A stretch of DNA of 19,381 bases from a virus (taxonomy: Duplodnaviria; Heunggongvirae; Uroviricota; Caudoviricetes): positions 1 through 19,381 of the IMG/VR virus record IMGVR_UViG_2861069343_000003; one strand, given 5' to 3'. The notes beneath the pieces were generated by a model, which was not told the DNA's origin, made no database searches, and was given only the letters and a program-made list of their open reading frames with translations. Below, piece after piece: positions 6,772 to 15,442 of the stretch (position 1 is its first letter; each line of letters starts with the position of its first letter). The translations under genes and the position numbers were made by a program.

Positions 6772-9700
6772 TCAGCTAATCGTGATACCTGCTGTGGATT
6801 TCTTCATCACCACAACCAGCAAATCACTGATACTGGCTGTGGGATACCAGTCATTTACCAGCCACGCTGATACCGAAAACTCCAGCGTCATGTGACCGCG
6901 ACCAGCAGGCATATCAATAACACCTGTATAAACCAGCGTATTATCCAGCGCGGTACGGTTATAAATTTCAGCACCGTTTTTCTTCACTATCAGGCGGCAT
7001 GACGAATAAATATCGTTATTCTCCCGCTCATGTTTAGCGCCACGAAACGCCACCGCGGGAATAACAATCTGCCGGTCAAACGGCTGATCGTCATAAACCC
7101 TGACGGTAATGGTCCCTGATGGCCACCGCTCCGGTGCACGGGAGTCCCGGGGGAAAGCTTTGCCCACTGTTTTAACGAGATCGCCTTCAATCTGGTTCGC
7201 AGACAGTTTTCCCAGAACCCGACAGTTTTCATTTATCGTGACATTGTTGAGCGTCCCGGCGTTCGCATTCACACTGCCACTGATATCCGCATTTTTCGCC
7301 GTCAGTCGCCCGTCCGGTGTAAGGGAAAATACCGGAGGATTACCGCCGCTGGTAATGGTGGGAGCCGTCAGATATTTCAGGAACACTTCGTTCATGAATA
7401 TCTGATCGCCCTGACCAACAAACATCGGCTTTGTGTTGCCATTCGCAGGATTAATCATCGCAATCCTGTCTGCCGCCAGCAGCACCTGACTCTGCATGCC
7501 GTCAGGGGTGTTCTCAATACCGGCACCAATACCCGCGATATAAAGGCGTCCGTCCTGCATCTGCTGCAGCTTCACAGCCCACATGCTGTTCAGGTTATTA
7601 TTTGTATCAACCTGAACCTTCTGTATCTGCTGAATTGCCGCACTCTGGTCTTCCAGTTTCTTATTGACGGTCTGTGTGATTTCATTGCTGACATCCGTAA
7701 TGGATGTCCTGATTTCAGCCAGGTCAGGCGCAAGCTGACCGTTATCAATCTGCGTCCACAGCTCCTGAGCCAGATGGGTTTTCCCTATCTCGCCTTTGAA
7801 AAAATCCAGATAGCCGGATGCGTCATCACTCGGCTGACCAACAGCCTCCACGAATGCCGATTTGCCAACGGTGTTCACACTGCGAACGTAAAAATAATAA
7901 TTATGGCCCGGTTTGATATTGATACTGGCGGCTATCCAGTACAACGCCGTACCAAGATAGCGTGCTGTGGTTTCAACCTGCCTGATATCCGCAATCCGCT
8001 TTTCCGAGAACCAGAACTCAAACTGTACCGTCGGATCATAAACCGCAAGATGCGGCGTGGCGGTTATCTGAAAATAGCCCGGCGTCAGCTCAATCCGCGA
8101 CGGCGCTGCCGGTGCGGCAATCCGGAACGATACCGACGCCGGATCGCCCTGCTGCCCCCACGCATTTACTGCCCGGACTGTCAGCCTGTAGTTCCCCAGA
8201 GCCAGTTGTGTGAAGCGGTAAGTGGTTTCCGTCGTCCGGGCCGTGCTGACCAGCCGCTCACTGCCGTCATCCGCTGCCACGGTCAGGCGAAGCAGGAAGC
8301 TCACGCCCTTCACCACCTTCGGCGTGTCCCAGCGGGCCAGCACCTGGTATTCCCCGCTGTCTGCGGTGACTTCTGCGGTCAGATGCTGCACTGCTGGCGG
8401 CGTGACACCATTCACCGTGCCGCTCTGGTCGCCGTCAAAGTGCGCCCCGTTATCCACGATGGCCTCTTTTTCCGGTACATGCTGCACGGCAGTGATGGCA
8501 TACGTGCCGTCATCGTTCTCACGGATACTCACGCAGCGGAACAGGCGCTGGCGCAGCGTCGGCAGCTTCAGCCCCCACACGCTGTACTCGGCAACGCCGT
8601 CAGGAAGCCGGCTCACTTTCACCTTCACGCCGTCGGTGATGGACTGGACCTCCACGCTGACCGGATTGCCACTTCCGTCAACCAGGCTTATCAGCGTGGT
8701 ACCGGAGGATGGCAGCGTGATTTCACGGTCGAGCGTCAGCGTCCGGGTCTGGCTGTTCACCGCCAGCACGCGCCCGCCGGTGCTGATACCGGCATAGTCA
8801 TCATCGCAGATTTCAATGACATCGCCCGGTACATGGCGAAGCCCTTCAGCACCCACGCTGAAGTCCACGGTCTGCGTTTCCAGCAGCTCCGTTTTAATCA
8901 GCCACAGCCCGGCGCGGTGCGCCTGCCCCCGACTGGTACAGCCAAACGCATCCATCTTCGTGACGTTACGACCATAACGGGCAATGGCCTGCGAGTCCTC
9001 CACAAGCTCTGTTGCCGTCTCCCAGCCGTTATCCGGGTCAATCCAGTTCACTTCAACGGCATTATGGCGGTCTTTCAGGGCGCTGAAGCTGTAGCGGAAT
9101 GGTGCGCCATCATCCGGCATCACCACATTACTGCGGTTATAGGTCCACACCTTATCCGATGGTCGGTCCTGCACGAACGTCAGCGTCTGCCCGTTCCATA
9201 CCGGCATACAGCGCATCGCCGAGCAGAAATCACTGAGCACATCCCACGCCTTACGTTGTGTGGTCAGGTAAGCGTTACAGGTGATGCGCGGCTCCGTACC
9301 GCCAAAGCCGTCCGGCACCGACTGGTCGCAATTCTGGCCGATGACATACAGCGCCCATTTGTCCACATCCGCCGCACCGAGACGTTTCCCCATGCCGTAG
9401 CGCGGGTGGGTCAGCATATCCCACAGACACCAGGCCATGTTGTTGCTGTATGACGGTTTAAACGTCCCGTCCCAGATACCGCTGTATTGCCGCGTCTGCG
9501 GGTTATAATTCGACGGCACCTGCAGAATACGCCCGCGAAGATGATAATTACGGCTCACCTGCTGGCTGCCGAACTGCTCCGAATCCACCTGTACGCCGAC
9601 CAGTGCCGTGTTCGGGTAGCACTGTTTCACATCGATGATTTCGGTGTATGACGACCAGAGCGTTTTGTTCTGCAGCTGGTCTGTGGTGCTGTCCGGCGTC

Positions 9701-10251
9701 ATCCTGCGCATCCGGATGTTGAACGGGCGCGGCGGCAGATTATCCACCACTACCGAGGCCAGATACTGCGAGGTGGTTTTGCCCTTAATGGTGATGTCTT
9801 TTTCCGTCACCCAGCCACCGTTACGCTGTATCTGAACCAGCAGGCGGACTTCCGACGGATTCCGGTCCCCCTTTGAAGTGGTTTCCACCAGTGCCTGCAC
9901 ACCGAAGGTAAAGCGCAGACGGTCAATGTTTGCCGACGTGATGGTCCGGGTGATCGGCGTGTCGTATTTCACTTCCGTGCCCAGTACCGTCTCGGAACCT
10001 GATGATTCAAATCCCTCCGGCGGTGTCTGTTCCTGCTCACCTGCCCGGAACACCACCGTGACACCGGAGATGTTAGTATTCCCCTCACTGTCCAGCACCG
10101 GTGTACTGTTCAGCAGCACGCTTTTTAATCCATCCACCGGACCTTCAACCGGCCCTTCGCTGATGGCATCGATCACACTCAGCAACTGCGTGGACTTCAG
10201 GTTGTCCTTTGCTTCGCGCGGGGTATGCCCCTTACTGCTGCCTTTACCCAT
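6772..10251 (-). CDS. J: Tail tip attachment / host-specificity protein J (1159 aa)
   Basis: N-terminus [34 protein letters not shown] and long stretches throughout match remembered lambda J. The last 150-250 aa diverge from lambda J. Confidence 0.92.
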   Translation of the reverse strand: MGKGSSKGHTPREAKDNLKSTQLLSVIDAISEGPVEGPVDGLKSVLLNSTPVLDSEGNTNISGVTVVFRAGEQEQTPPEGFESSGSETVLGTEVKYDTPITRTITSANIDRLRFTFGVQALVETTSKGDRNPSEVRLLVQIQRNGGWVTEKDITIKGKTTSQYLASVVVDNLPPRPFNIRMRRMTPDSTTDQLQNKTLWSSYTEIIDVKQCYPNTALVGVQVDSEQFGSQQVSRNYHLRGRILQVPSNYNPQTRQYSGIWDGTFKPSYSNNMAWCLWDMLTHPRYGMGKRLGAADVDKWALYVIGQNCDQSVPDGFGGTEPRITCNAYLTTQRKAWDVLSDFCSAMRCMPVWNGQTLTFVQDRPSDKVWTYNRSNVVMPDDGAPFRYSFSALKDRHNAVEVNWIDPDNGWETATELVEDSQAIARYGRNVTKMDAFGCTSRGQAHRAGLWLIKTELLETQTVDFSVGAEGLRHVPGDVIEICDDDYAGISTGGRVLAVNSQTRTLTLDREITLPSSGTTLISLVDGSGNPVSVEVQSITDGVKVKVSRLPDGVAEYSVWGLKLPTLRQRLFRCVSIRENDDGTYAITAVQHVPEKEAIVDNGAHFDGDQSGTVNGVTPPAVQHLTAEVTADSGEYQVLARWDTPKVVKGVSFLLRLTVAADDGSERLVSTARTTETTYRFTQLALGNYRLTVRAVNAWGQQGDPASVSFRIAAPAAPSRIELTPGYFQITATPHLAVYDPTVQFEFWFSEKRIADIRQVETTARYLGTALYWIAASINIKPGHNYYFYVRSVNTVGKSAFVEAVGQPSDDASGYLDFFKGEIGKTHLAQELWTQIDNGQLAPDLAEIRTSITDVSNEITQTVNKKLEDQSAAIQQIQKVQVDTNNNLNSMWAVKLQQMQDGRLYIAGIGAGIENTPDGMQSQVLLAADRIAMINPANGNTKPMFVGQGDQIFMNEVFLKYLTAPTITSGGNPPVFSLTPDGRLTAKNADISGSVNANAGTLNNVTINENCRVLGKLSANQIEGDLVKTVGKAFPRDSRAPERWPSGTITVRVYDDQPFDRQIVIPAVAFRGAKHERENNDIYSSCRLIVKKNGAEIYNRTALDNTLVYTGVIDMPAGRGHMTLEFSVSAWLVNDWYPTASISDLLVVVMKKSTAGITIS

Positions 10252-10311
10252 TCCTCACGCCCCATAAACGATAAAACCGCCCGGAGGCGGTTTCACATAA
10301 AACGTTTTTCA

Positions 10312-10953
10312 TCAGCGACCAATCACCACAACCTGACCACCGTCCCCTTCGTCTGCCGTGCTGATCTCCTGAGAAACCACGCGTGATCCCACGCGCATTT
10401 CACCGTACAGAACGGGCAGAACATTGCCCTGGGCAACCATATTATCCAGTGAAGAAAAATAGGTGTTCTGTTTGCCGTTATCCGTTGTCTGTGTGCGGGG
10501 GGTTTTGGGTTTAGGGGCCAGCATCTGTGCAACACCGCCAAGCGTCATACTGGCACCGAGAGAAAACAGCAGATTACTCGCCATAATTCCTACCCCCGGC
10601 ATCCATATAGCAACCGCCATAACAGCCGCCCCCAGCACAGCCTGAAACACACCGCCACTTTTGGCTCCTGCCAGACGCGGCACGATATGGATCACAGCAC
10701 CATTTGCCAGCGGTTCATTAAGACGGGCTGATAATTCCGTTTCACCTGTATCACGCCCGGCAATGCGTACCTGATACCAGCCGTCGCTCAGCTTCTGACG
10801 AAACGCCGGGAGCTGTGTGGCCAGTGCCCGGATGGCTTCAGCCCCCGTTTTCACACGCAGATCGATGCGGCGGCCAAATCGTTGTAAATCCCCGTAAAGG
10901 CAGATGCGCGCCATGCCCGGTGACGCCAGAGGGAGTGTGTGCGTCGCTGCCAT
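10312..10953 (-). CDS. I: Tail tip assembly protein I (213 aa)
   Basis: MAATHTLPLASPGMARICLYGDLQRFGRRIDLRVKTGAEAIRALATQLPAFRQKLSDGWYQVRIAGRD... and C-terminus ...YGEMRVGSRVVSQEISTADEGDGGQVVVIGR match lambda gpI. There is a hydrophobic central segment. Confidence 0.85.
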   Translation of the reverse strand: MAATHTLPLASPGMARICLYGDLQRFGRRIDLRVKTGAEAIRALATQLPAFRQKLSDGWYQVRIAGRDTGETELSARLNEPLANGAVIHIVPRLAGAKSGGVFQAVLGAAVMAVAIWMPGVGIMASNLLFSLGASMTLGGVAQMLAPKPKTPRTQTTDNGKQNTYFSSLDNMVAQGNVLPVLYGEMRVGSRVVSQEISTADEGDGGQVVVIGR

Positions 10954-11594
10954 TTGTCGGTATACCTCTCTCGTTTGCTCAGTTGTTCAGGAATATGGTG
11001 CAGCAGCTCGCCGTCGCCGCAGTAAATTGCGGCGTGATTCGGCACCGATGAACCAAAACAGCACAGCAGCACATCGCCCGGCTGTGCCGCTGACAACGGC
11101 ACCTGATACAGCCCCGTCGCCTCCAGATTATCCAGATAGAGATTCTGGCCGTTACGCCACCAGTCATCCTCACGATGAAAGTCCGGCATCTCAATCCCCG
11201 CCAGATGATAAGCATCCCGGAACAGTGTGTAACAGTCCGTCACACCGTGCTCAAAGCGCCGCCCGGTGAGATGCGGCACACAGCGGAACTTATGAATCGT
11301 CCCCCGGCAGACCAGCCACCACGGCAAATCACTCTGCACCTGCAGCCGCCGGTCGGCCTCACTCAGCCAGGGCAGACCACCGGGGTGGCTGTGGACCAGC
11401 GCCACAATCTCACCCTGCATTTCTGCCTGCAGCCAGTCTTCCGGCGACATACGGAAATACGCCTCCGGCTCACCGGAGATATTCACGCAGGGGAAATATC
11501 TTTCCCCCTCCGGCGTGCTTACCACGAAGCCGCACGACTCCGCTGGCGCACATCGCCGGGCGTGCGCCAGAATCGCTGATTCTGTCTGTGTCAT
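10851..11594 (-). CDS. K: Tail tip assembly protein K (MPN/JAMM plus NlpC/P60 domains); ORF is 247 aa and runs 103 nt into I
   Basis: MTQTESAILAHARRCAPAESCGFVV...ALVHSHPGG (JAMM-type HxH) ...GVTDCYTLFRDAYH...NHAAIY (NlpC/P60 Cys and His) match lambda gpK. The last 48 residues are Arg-rich (RERYTDKWQRRTHSLWRHRAWRASA) and overlap I in another frame. Confidence 0.85.
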   Translation of the reverse strand: MTQTESAILAHARRCAPAESCGFVVSTPEGERYFPCVNISGEPEAYFRMSPEDWLQAEMQGEIVALVHSHPGGLPWLSEADRRLQVQSDLPWWLVCRGTIHKFRCVPHLTGRRFEHGVTDCYTLFRDAYHLAGIEMPDFHREDDWWRNGQNLYLDNLEATGLYQVPLSAAQPGDVLLCCFGSSVPNHAAIYCGDGELLHHIPEQLSKRERYTDKWQRRTHSLWRHRAWRASAFTGIYNDLAAASICV

Positions 11595-11599
11595 GGGAT

Positions 11600-12088
11600 T
11601 TACTGCGAAAGTTTGTTAATGGAAAGGAAGCCGCCAAAGTTGCCGACGTTATTGCGGAACTTACAACCGCTCAGGCATTTGCTGCATTTATCCTTCGTGA
11701 TATCGGACGTTGGCTGGTCATATTCATCCGCGACAGCCGGACCGCTATAACCGCACTCGTCACCGCGATAGGTCCAGGTGCAGGTGTTGGCCAGCATGAT
11801 ACGTCCCGGAAAAACAGCGCCATCCGTTTCCGTCGGCGTGGACAGTACAAAGGAGGCACTCACCGCGCTCAGTTCGCTGCACTGCTCAATGCGCCAGCGG
11901 CTGATCACCTCCTGCTCCGGATCGGCATAACTGTTTCCGTTGACGAAGTTCACCGCATCCAGAAAACGGGCGTAAACATTACGCCGGACCACCGTTCCGC
12001 CGACCAGACTCTGCATATCTTCCGCCATCCCGGTGACCATACCGTACAGGTTAGAAACCGTCAGCGTGGGGCGCGTACCGCTCTTTTT
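11600..12088 (-). pseudogene. L: 5'-truncated tail tip protein L (C-terminal 146-160 aa only; N-terminal 70-85 aa missing)
   Basis: The ORF translation MVTGMAEDMQSLVGGTVVRR...CSKCLSGCKFRNNVGNFGGFLSINKLSQ matches the C-terminal two-thirds of lambda gpL. Reading the same frame upstream gives KKSGTRPTLTVSNLYG (lambda: GKGTSTRPTLTVSNLYG), then unrelated sequence and a stop at 12107-12109. Confidence 0.75.
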
Positions 12089-12207
12089 ACAAAACAGAGA
12101 AGAGCATCACCGGACGACGGGCTCATAACCCAATCCATCCGGGCGGCAGTCACCGCAGGTGTTCTTCTCTGTTTTGTGGAGAAACCAACCGACCTTGCAG
12201 GGTCGAT

Positions 12208-12588
12208 ATGATGGGGAGCAGCAAAATGGCTAGCGAACGCAGTACTGATGTGCAGGCATTTATCGGGGAGCTGGACGGCGGCGTATTTGAAACCAAAATC
12301 GGCGCAGTTCTCAGTGAAGTCGCTTCCGGTGTGATGAACACGAAAACCAAAGGTAAGGTCTCGCTCAACCTGGAAATCGAACCGTTTGATGAGAACCGTG
12401 TGAAAATCAAACACAAACTCTCATATGTTCGCCCGACTAACCGCGGGAAAATTTCCGAAGAAGACACCACCGAAACGCCGATGTATGTCAATCGCGGTGG
12501 TCGCCTGACTATTCTGCAGGAAGACCAGGGACAATTACTGACTCTTGCCGGTGAACCTGACGGAAAACTCCGCGCAGCAGGTCATTAA
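12208..12588 (+). CDS. yfdP: YfdP-like hypothetical protein (CPS-53/KplE1-type prophage gene)
   Basis: ORF of 126 aa (MMGSSKMASERSTDVQAFIGELDGG...). Starting at the third Met (12226) gives 120 aa, the length I recall for K-12 YfdP. It lies immediately upstream of the yfdQ/R/S/T-like genes in the same order as in K-12. Assignment is from memory. Confidence 0.55.
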   Translation: MMGSSKMASERSTDVQAFIGELDGGVFETKIGAVLSEVASGVMNTKTKGKVSLNLEIEPFDENRVKIKHKLSYVRPTNRGKISEEDTTETPMYVNRGGRLTILQEDQGQLLTLAGEPDGKLRAAGH

Positions 12589-12653
12589 TATCGTTCTTAA
12601 TTAACTGATTATTTATCTCATCACTGAATATCTTTATATAGTGAGGACTTATT

Positions 12654-13478
12654 ATGTCTCAGAACTTAGACGCAACCGCAATTAATCAAATCCATGCCCT
12701 TATTTCTGCTCAGGGTGTTAATGAAATTATCAGTAAAATTGGTGCCGATGCTGTGGCATTGCCTGAGAATTTCCGCATTCATGATCTGGAAAAATTTAAT
12801 TTAAATCGCTTCCGTTTCCGTGGTGCGCTTTCCACTGCCAGCATCGATGACTTTACCCGTTATTCTAAAGATCTTGCAGATGAAGGCACCCGCTGCTTTA
12901 TCGATGCTGATAATATGCGAGCCGTCAGTGTGCTTAACCTGGGTACTATTGATGAACCAGGTCACGCAGATAACACCGCCACTCTCAAACTGAAAAAGAC
13001 AGCACCGTTCTCTGCCCTGTTGTCTGTTAACGGCGAGCGTAACTCCCAGAAGTCACTGGCAGAATGGATTGAAGACTGGGCCGACTACCTTGTGGGCTTT
13101 GATGCTAATGGTGACGCCATTCAGGCAACAAAAGCGGCTGCGGCGGTCCGTAAAATCACGATTGAAGCAAACCAGACCGCTGATTTTGAAGACAATGACT
13201 TCAGCGGCAAACGCTCTCTGATGGAGTCTGTCGAAGCGAAAACCAAAGACATTATGCCAGTAGCATTTGAGTTTAAATGCGTTCCATTTGAAGGCCTGAA
13301 AGAACGTCCGTTTAAATTACGCCTCAGCATTATCACTGGTGATCGCCCTGTACTGGTTCTGCGCATTATTCAGCTGGAAGCAGTACAGGAAGAAATGGCT
13401 AACGAATTTCGTGATCTGCTTGTTGAAAAATTCAAAGACAGCAAAGTAGAAACCTTTATTGGTACTTTCACCGCCTGA
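12654..13478 (+). CDS. yfdQ: YfdQ-like protein (DUF2303-type prophage protein), 274 aa
   Basis: ORF of 274 aa with an AGGA ribosome-binding site 7 nt upstream of the ATG. Length and position match K-12 YfdQ as I recall it. Confidence 0.7.
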   Translation: MSQNLDATAINQIHALISAQGVNEIISKIGADAVALPENFRIHDLEKFNLNRFRFRGALSTASIDDFTRYSKDLADEGTRCFIDADNMRAVSVLNLGTIDEPGHADNTATLKLKKTAPFSALLSVNGERNSQKSLAEWIEDWADYLVGFDANGDAIQATKAAAAVRKITIEANQTADFEDNDFSGKRSLMESVEAKTKDIMPVAFEFKCVPFEGLKERPFKLRLSIITGDRPVLVLRIIQLEAVQEEMANEFRDLLVEKFKDSKVETFIGTFTA

Positions 13479-13490
13479 TTTCATTACTGC

Positions 13491-13512
13491 AAATGCCCCT
13501 GCGGGGGCATTT
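13491..13512 (+). terminator. Hairpin downstream of yfdQ (putative terminator or attenuator)
   Basis: AAATGCCCC, loop TGCG, GGGGCATTT: a perfect 9-bp stem beginning 13 nt after the yfdQ stop codon. Confidence 0.4.
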
Positions 13513-13536
13513 ATGGAAACGTAATTAACTCAATAA

Positions 13537-13561
13537 TCGCCTGATGGCGAGGGTTTTCTTT
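13537..13561 (+). terminator. Second hairpin with U-rich tail downstream of yfdQ
   Basis: TCGCC, loop TGAT, GGCGA, followed by GGGTTTTCTTT. Confidence 0.4.
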
Positions 13562-13605
13562 AACCAAAATTCAGCGCGGTGCAGCGCATATACGTGGAGA
13601 ACAAA

Positions 13606-14142
13606 ATGTCATTTATTAAAACTTTTTCCGGGAAGCATTTTTATTATGACAGGATAAATAAAGACGACATCGATATTAACGATATCGCGGTTTCCCTTTC
13701 AAATATCTGTCGCTTTGCCGGTCATCTTTCGCACTTCTACAGCGTCGCCCAACATGCGGTTCTTTGCAGCCAGCTGGTGCCGCAGGAATTTGCTTTTGAA
13801 GCGTTAATGCATGATGCAACAGAAGCGTATTGCCAGGACATTCCCGCACCACTGAAACGCCTTCTTCCTGACTATAAACGGATGGAAGAAAAAATAGACG
13901 CCGTAATCCGTGAGAAATACGGGTTACCCCCGGTTATGAGCACGCCAGTGAAATATGCCGATCTCATCATGCTGGCAACCGAACGCCGCGATCTCGGACT
14001 TGATGATGGCTCTTTCTGGCCTGTACTGGAAGGTATCCCGGCAACAGAGATGTTCAAAGTGATTCCACTGGCTCCAGGCCATGCCTACGGGATGTTTATG
14101 GAACGTTTTAACGAGTTATCGGAGTTACGCAAATGCGCATGA
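13606..14142 (+). CDS. yfdR: HD-domain phosphohydrolase, YfdR-like (178 aa from the ATG)
   Basis: HD-domain signature: H in SVAQHAVLCSQL and HD in EALMHDATEAYCQD. The track ORF starts at a GTG at 13579, but the ATG at 13606 has a GGAGAA ribosome-binding site 7 nt upstream and gives 178 aa, the K-12 YfdR length as recalled. Confidence 0.75.
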   Translation: MSFIKTFSGKHFYYDRINKDDIDINDIAVSLSNICRFAGHLSHFYSVAQHAVLCSQLVPQEFAFEALMHDATEAYCQDIPAPLKRLLPDYKRMEEKIDAVIREKYGLPPVMSTPVKYADLIMLATERRDLGLDDGSFWPVLEGIPATEMFKVIPLAPGHAYGMFMERFNELSELRKCA

Positions 14143-14495
14143 ATGTTTTCGAAATGGAAGGGTTTCTTCGCGGGAAATGTGTACCGCGAGATCTGAAAGT
14201 GAACGAAACAAATGCTGAGTACCTGGTACGTAAATTCGATGCGCTTGAAGCTAAATGTGCGGCACTGGAAAACAAAATAATACCAGTGTCAGCTGAACTA
14301 CCACCAGCAAATGAAAGTGTTCTGTTATTTGATGCTAACGGAGAAGGCTGGCTGATTGGCTGGCGTTCTCTCTGGTACACCTGGGGACAAAAAGAAACCG
14401 GAGAATGGCAGTGGACATTTCAGGTCGGGGACATTGAAAGCGTCAATATCACTCACTGGGCAGTAATGCCAAAAGCACCGGAGGCTGGAGCATAA
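14133..14495 (+). CDS. yfdS: YfdS-like prophage protein (120 aa)
   Basis: ORF of 120 aa overlapping the yfdR stop by 10 nt. Its stop overlaps the next start as TAATG. Length and order match K-12 YfdS. Confidence 0.65.
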   Translation: MRMNVFEMEGFLRGKCVPRDLKVNETNAEYLVRKFDALEAKCAALENKIIPVSAELPPANESVLLFDANGEGWLIGWRSLWYTWGQKETGEWQWTFQVGDIESVNITHWAVMPKAPEAGA

Positions 14496-15115
14496 TGACC
14501 ACATTTACCGATAAAGAACTGATTAAAGAAATCAAAGAGCGTATCAGCAGCCTGGAGGTTCGAGACGATATTGAGCGCCGTGCTTATGAAATTGCTCTGG
14601 CATCGCTGGAAGAGGAGCCGGTGGCATGGCTACATTCAGACAATGGCTTAGGTATTCCAGCAATAACCAGGAGTAAAAACATTGCTGACAGTTGGTTATC
14701 AAAGGGCTGGTATGTTCAGCCGCTATATATAGCCAAGCCAGTGCCGGTGGTGCCAGATGCTCGTCCGACTTTAAATAATGGCATAGTCGGTTTTGATGAA
14801 GGCTGGAACGCCTGCCGCACCACCATGCTTCACGGTGTCAAACCTGTAAGCCAGACTTACAAGTTGAACAAGCTGTCTGACAACTCTCCGGTAACTCCGG
14901 ATGGTTGGATAAGCTGTAGTGAGCGAATGCCGAACGATAAACAATATGTTTGGTGTTGGGGTAAGTCTTACGGCTGGACTGAGTGCGATACCTTCGAAGG
15001 GTATTACGATTGTTCGAGAAACAAATGGTGGGCAGTTACTGACGATGGGGAAGAACCGGCATTGAAAGTAACCCACTGGATGCCGCTACCGGAGCCACCG
15101 CAGGAGGTGAAGTAA
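14495..15115 (+). CDS. yfdT: YfdT-like protein with C-terminal DUF551-type domain (206 aa)
   Basis: C-terminus WISCSERMPNDKQYVWCWGKSYGWTECDTFEGYYD...KVTHWMPLPEPP resembles DUF551. Start and stop are both coupled to neighbours through TAATG overlaps. The K-12 copy is shorter as I recall. Confidence 0.6.
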   Translation: MTTFTDKELIKEIKERISSLEVRDDIERRAYEIALASLEEEPVAWLHSDNGLGIPAITRSKNIADSWLSKGWYVQPLYIAKPVPVVPDARPTLNNGIVGFDEGWNACRTTMLHGVKPVSQTYKLNKLSDNSPVTPDGWISCSERMPNDKQYVWCWGKSYGWTECDTFEGYYDCSRNKWWAVTDDGEEPALKVTHWMPLPEPPQEVK

Positions 15116-15309
15116 TGAACAACTTAATGACAACTAAACAAGTCGCCGACTTCTGTGGCGTTTCAGTATCGACAGTTCTTCGCTGGAACAGCGTAAACAG
15201 GAGAACTGGCCAGAAATATAGGCCTGACTTTCCAGATCCTGATATTAAATCCTGCCCCAATAAATGGGCATCACACAAGATATACAGGTTTGCGGGAGTT
15301 ATTGAGTAA
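15115..15309 (+). CDS. AlpA/Xis-family helix-turn-helix protein (putative excisionase or regulator), 64 aa
   Basis: HTH segment TTKQVADFCGVSVSTVLRW is typical of AlpA/phage-excisionase HTH proteins. It is the last gene of the plus-strand operon and converges on the integrase-side cargo gene. Confidence 0.65.
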   Translation: MNNLMTTKQVADFCGVSVSTVLRWNSVNRRTGQKYRPDFPDPDIKSCPNKWASHKIYRFAGVIE

Positions 15310-15322
15310 TACGTATTAGTTC

Positions 15323-15387
15323 AGATGTGAGCTAACACATCTATGGCACAGAGCTAAACCTAATCTGACTGTCTACTCTGTGCCATA
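15323..15387. repeat. Two adjacent inverted repeats (hairpins) in the convergent intergenic region between the AlpA-like gene and the 870-aa cargo gene
   Basis: AGATGTG (15323-15329) pairs with CACATCT (15336-15342) around a 6-nt loop. TATGGCACAGAG (15342-15353) pairs with CTCTGTGCCATA (15376-15387), a perfect 12-bp stem with a 22-nt loop. Neither has a clean U-tract. They lie exactly at the composition change into the AT-rich cassette. Confidence 0.4.
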
Positions 15388-15442
15388 AGTGGATGTTAAT
15401 TACTTCTTGGTATTTTAATGGTTGGATAGCTTATCAAGATTA

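Noticed and set aside
7774-9453. 559-aa plus-strand ORF (also 8222-8797 and other plus-strand ORFs at 7109-10267)
   Set aside because: They lie entirely antisense to J, whose translation matches lambda J along its whole length. The antisense translations are Arg/Pro-rich with no recognisable motifs, typical of spurious frames in GC-rich coding DNA.
10274-10293. 8-bp stem hairpin (AAACCGCC / GGCGGTTT) between I and J
   Set aside because: It lies inside a tail-gene operon with only a weak U-rich tail on the coding strand. Possibly an attenuator or RNA-stability element, but the evidence is too thin to call a terminator.
12061-12491. Minus-strand ORFs 12061-12414 and 12150-12491
   Set aside because: Antisense to the yfdP-like gene and out of frame with the L remnant. 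No homology or signals.
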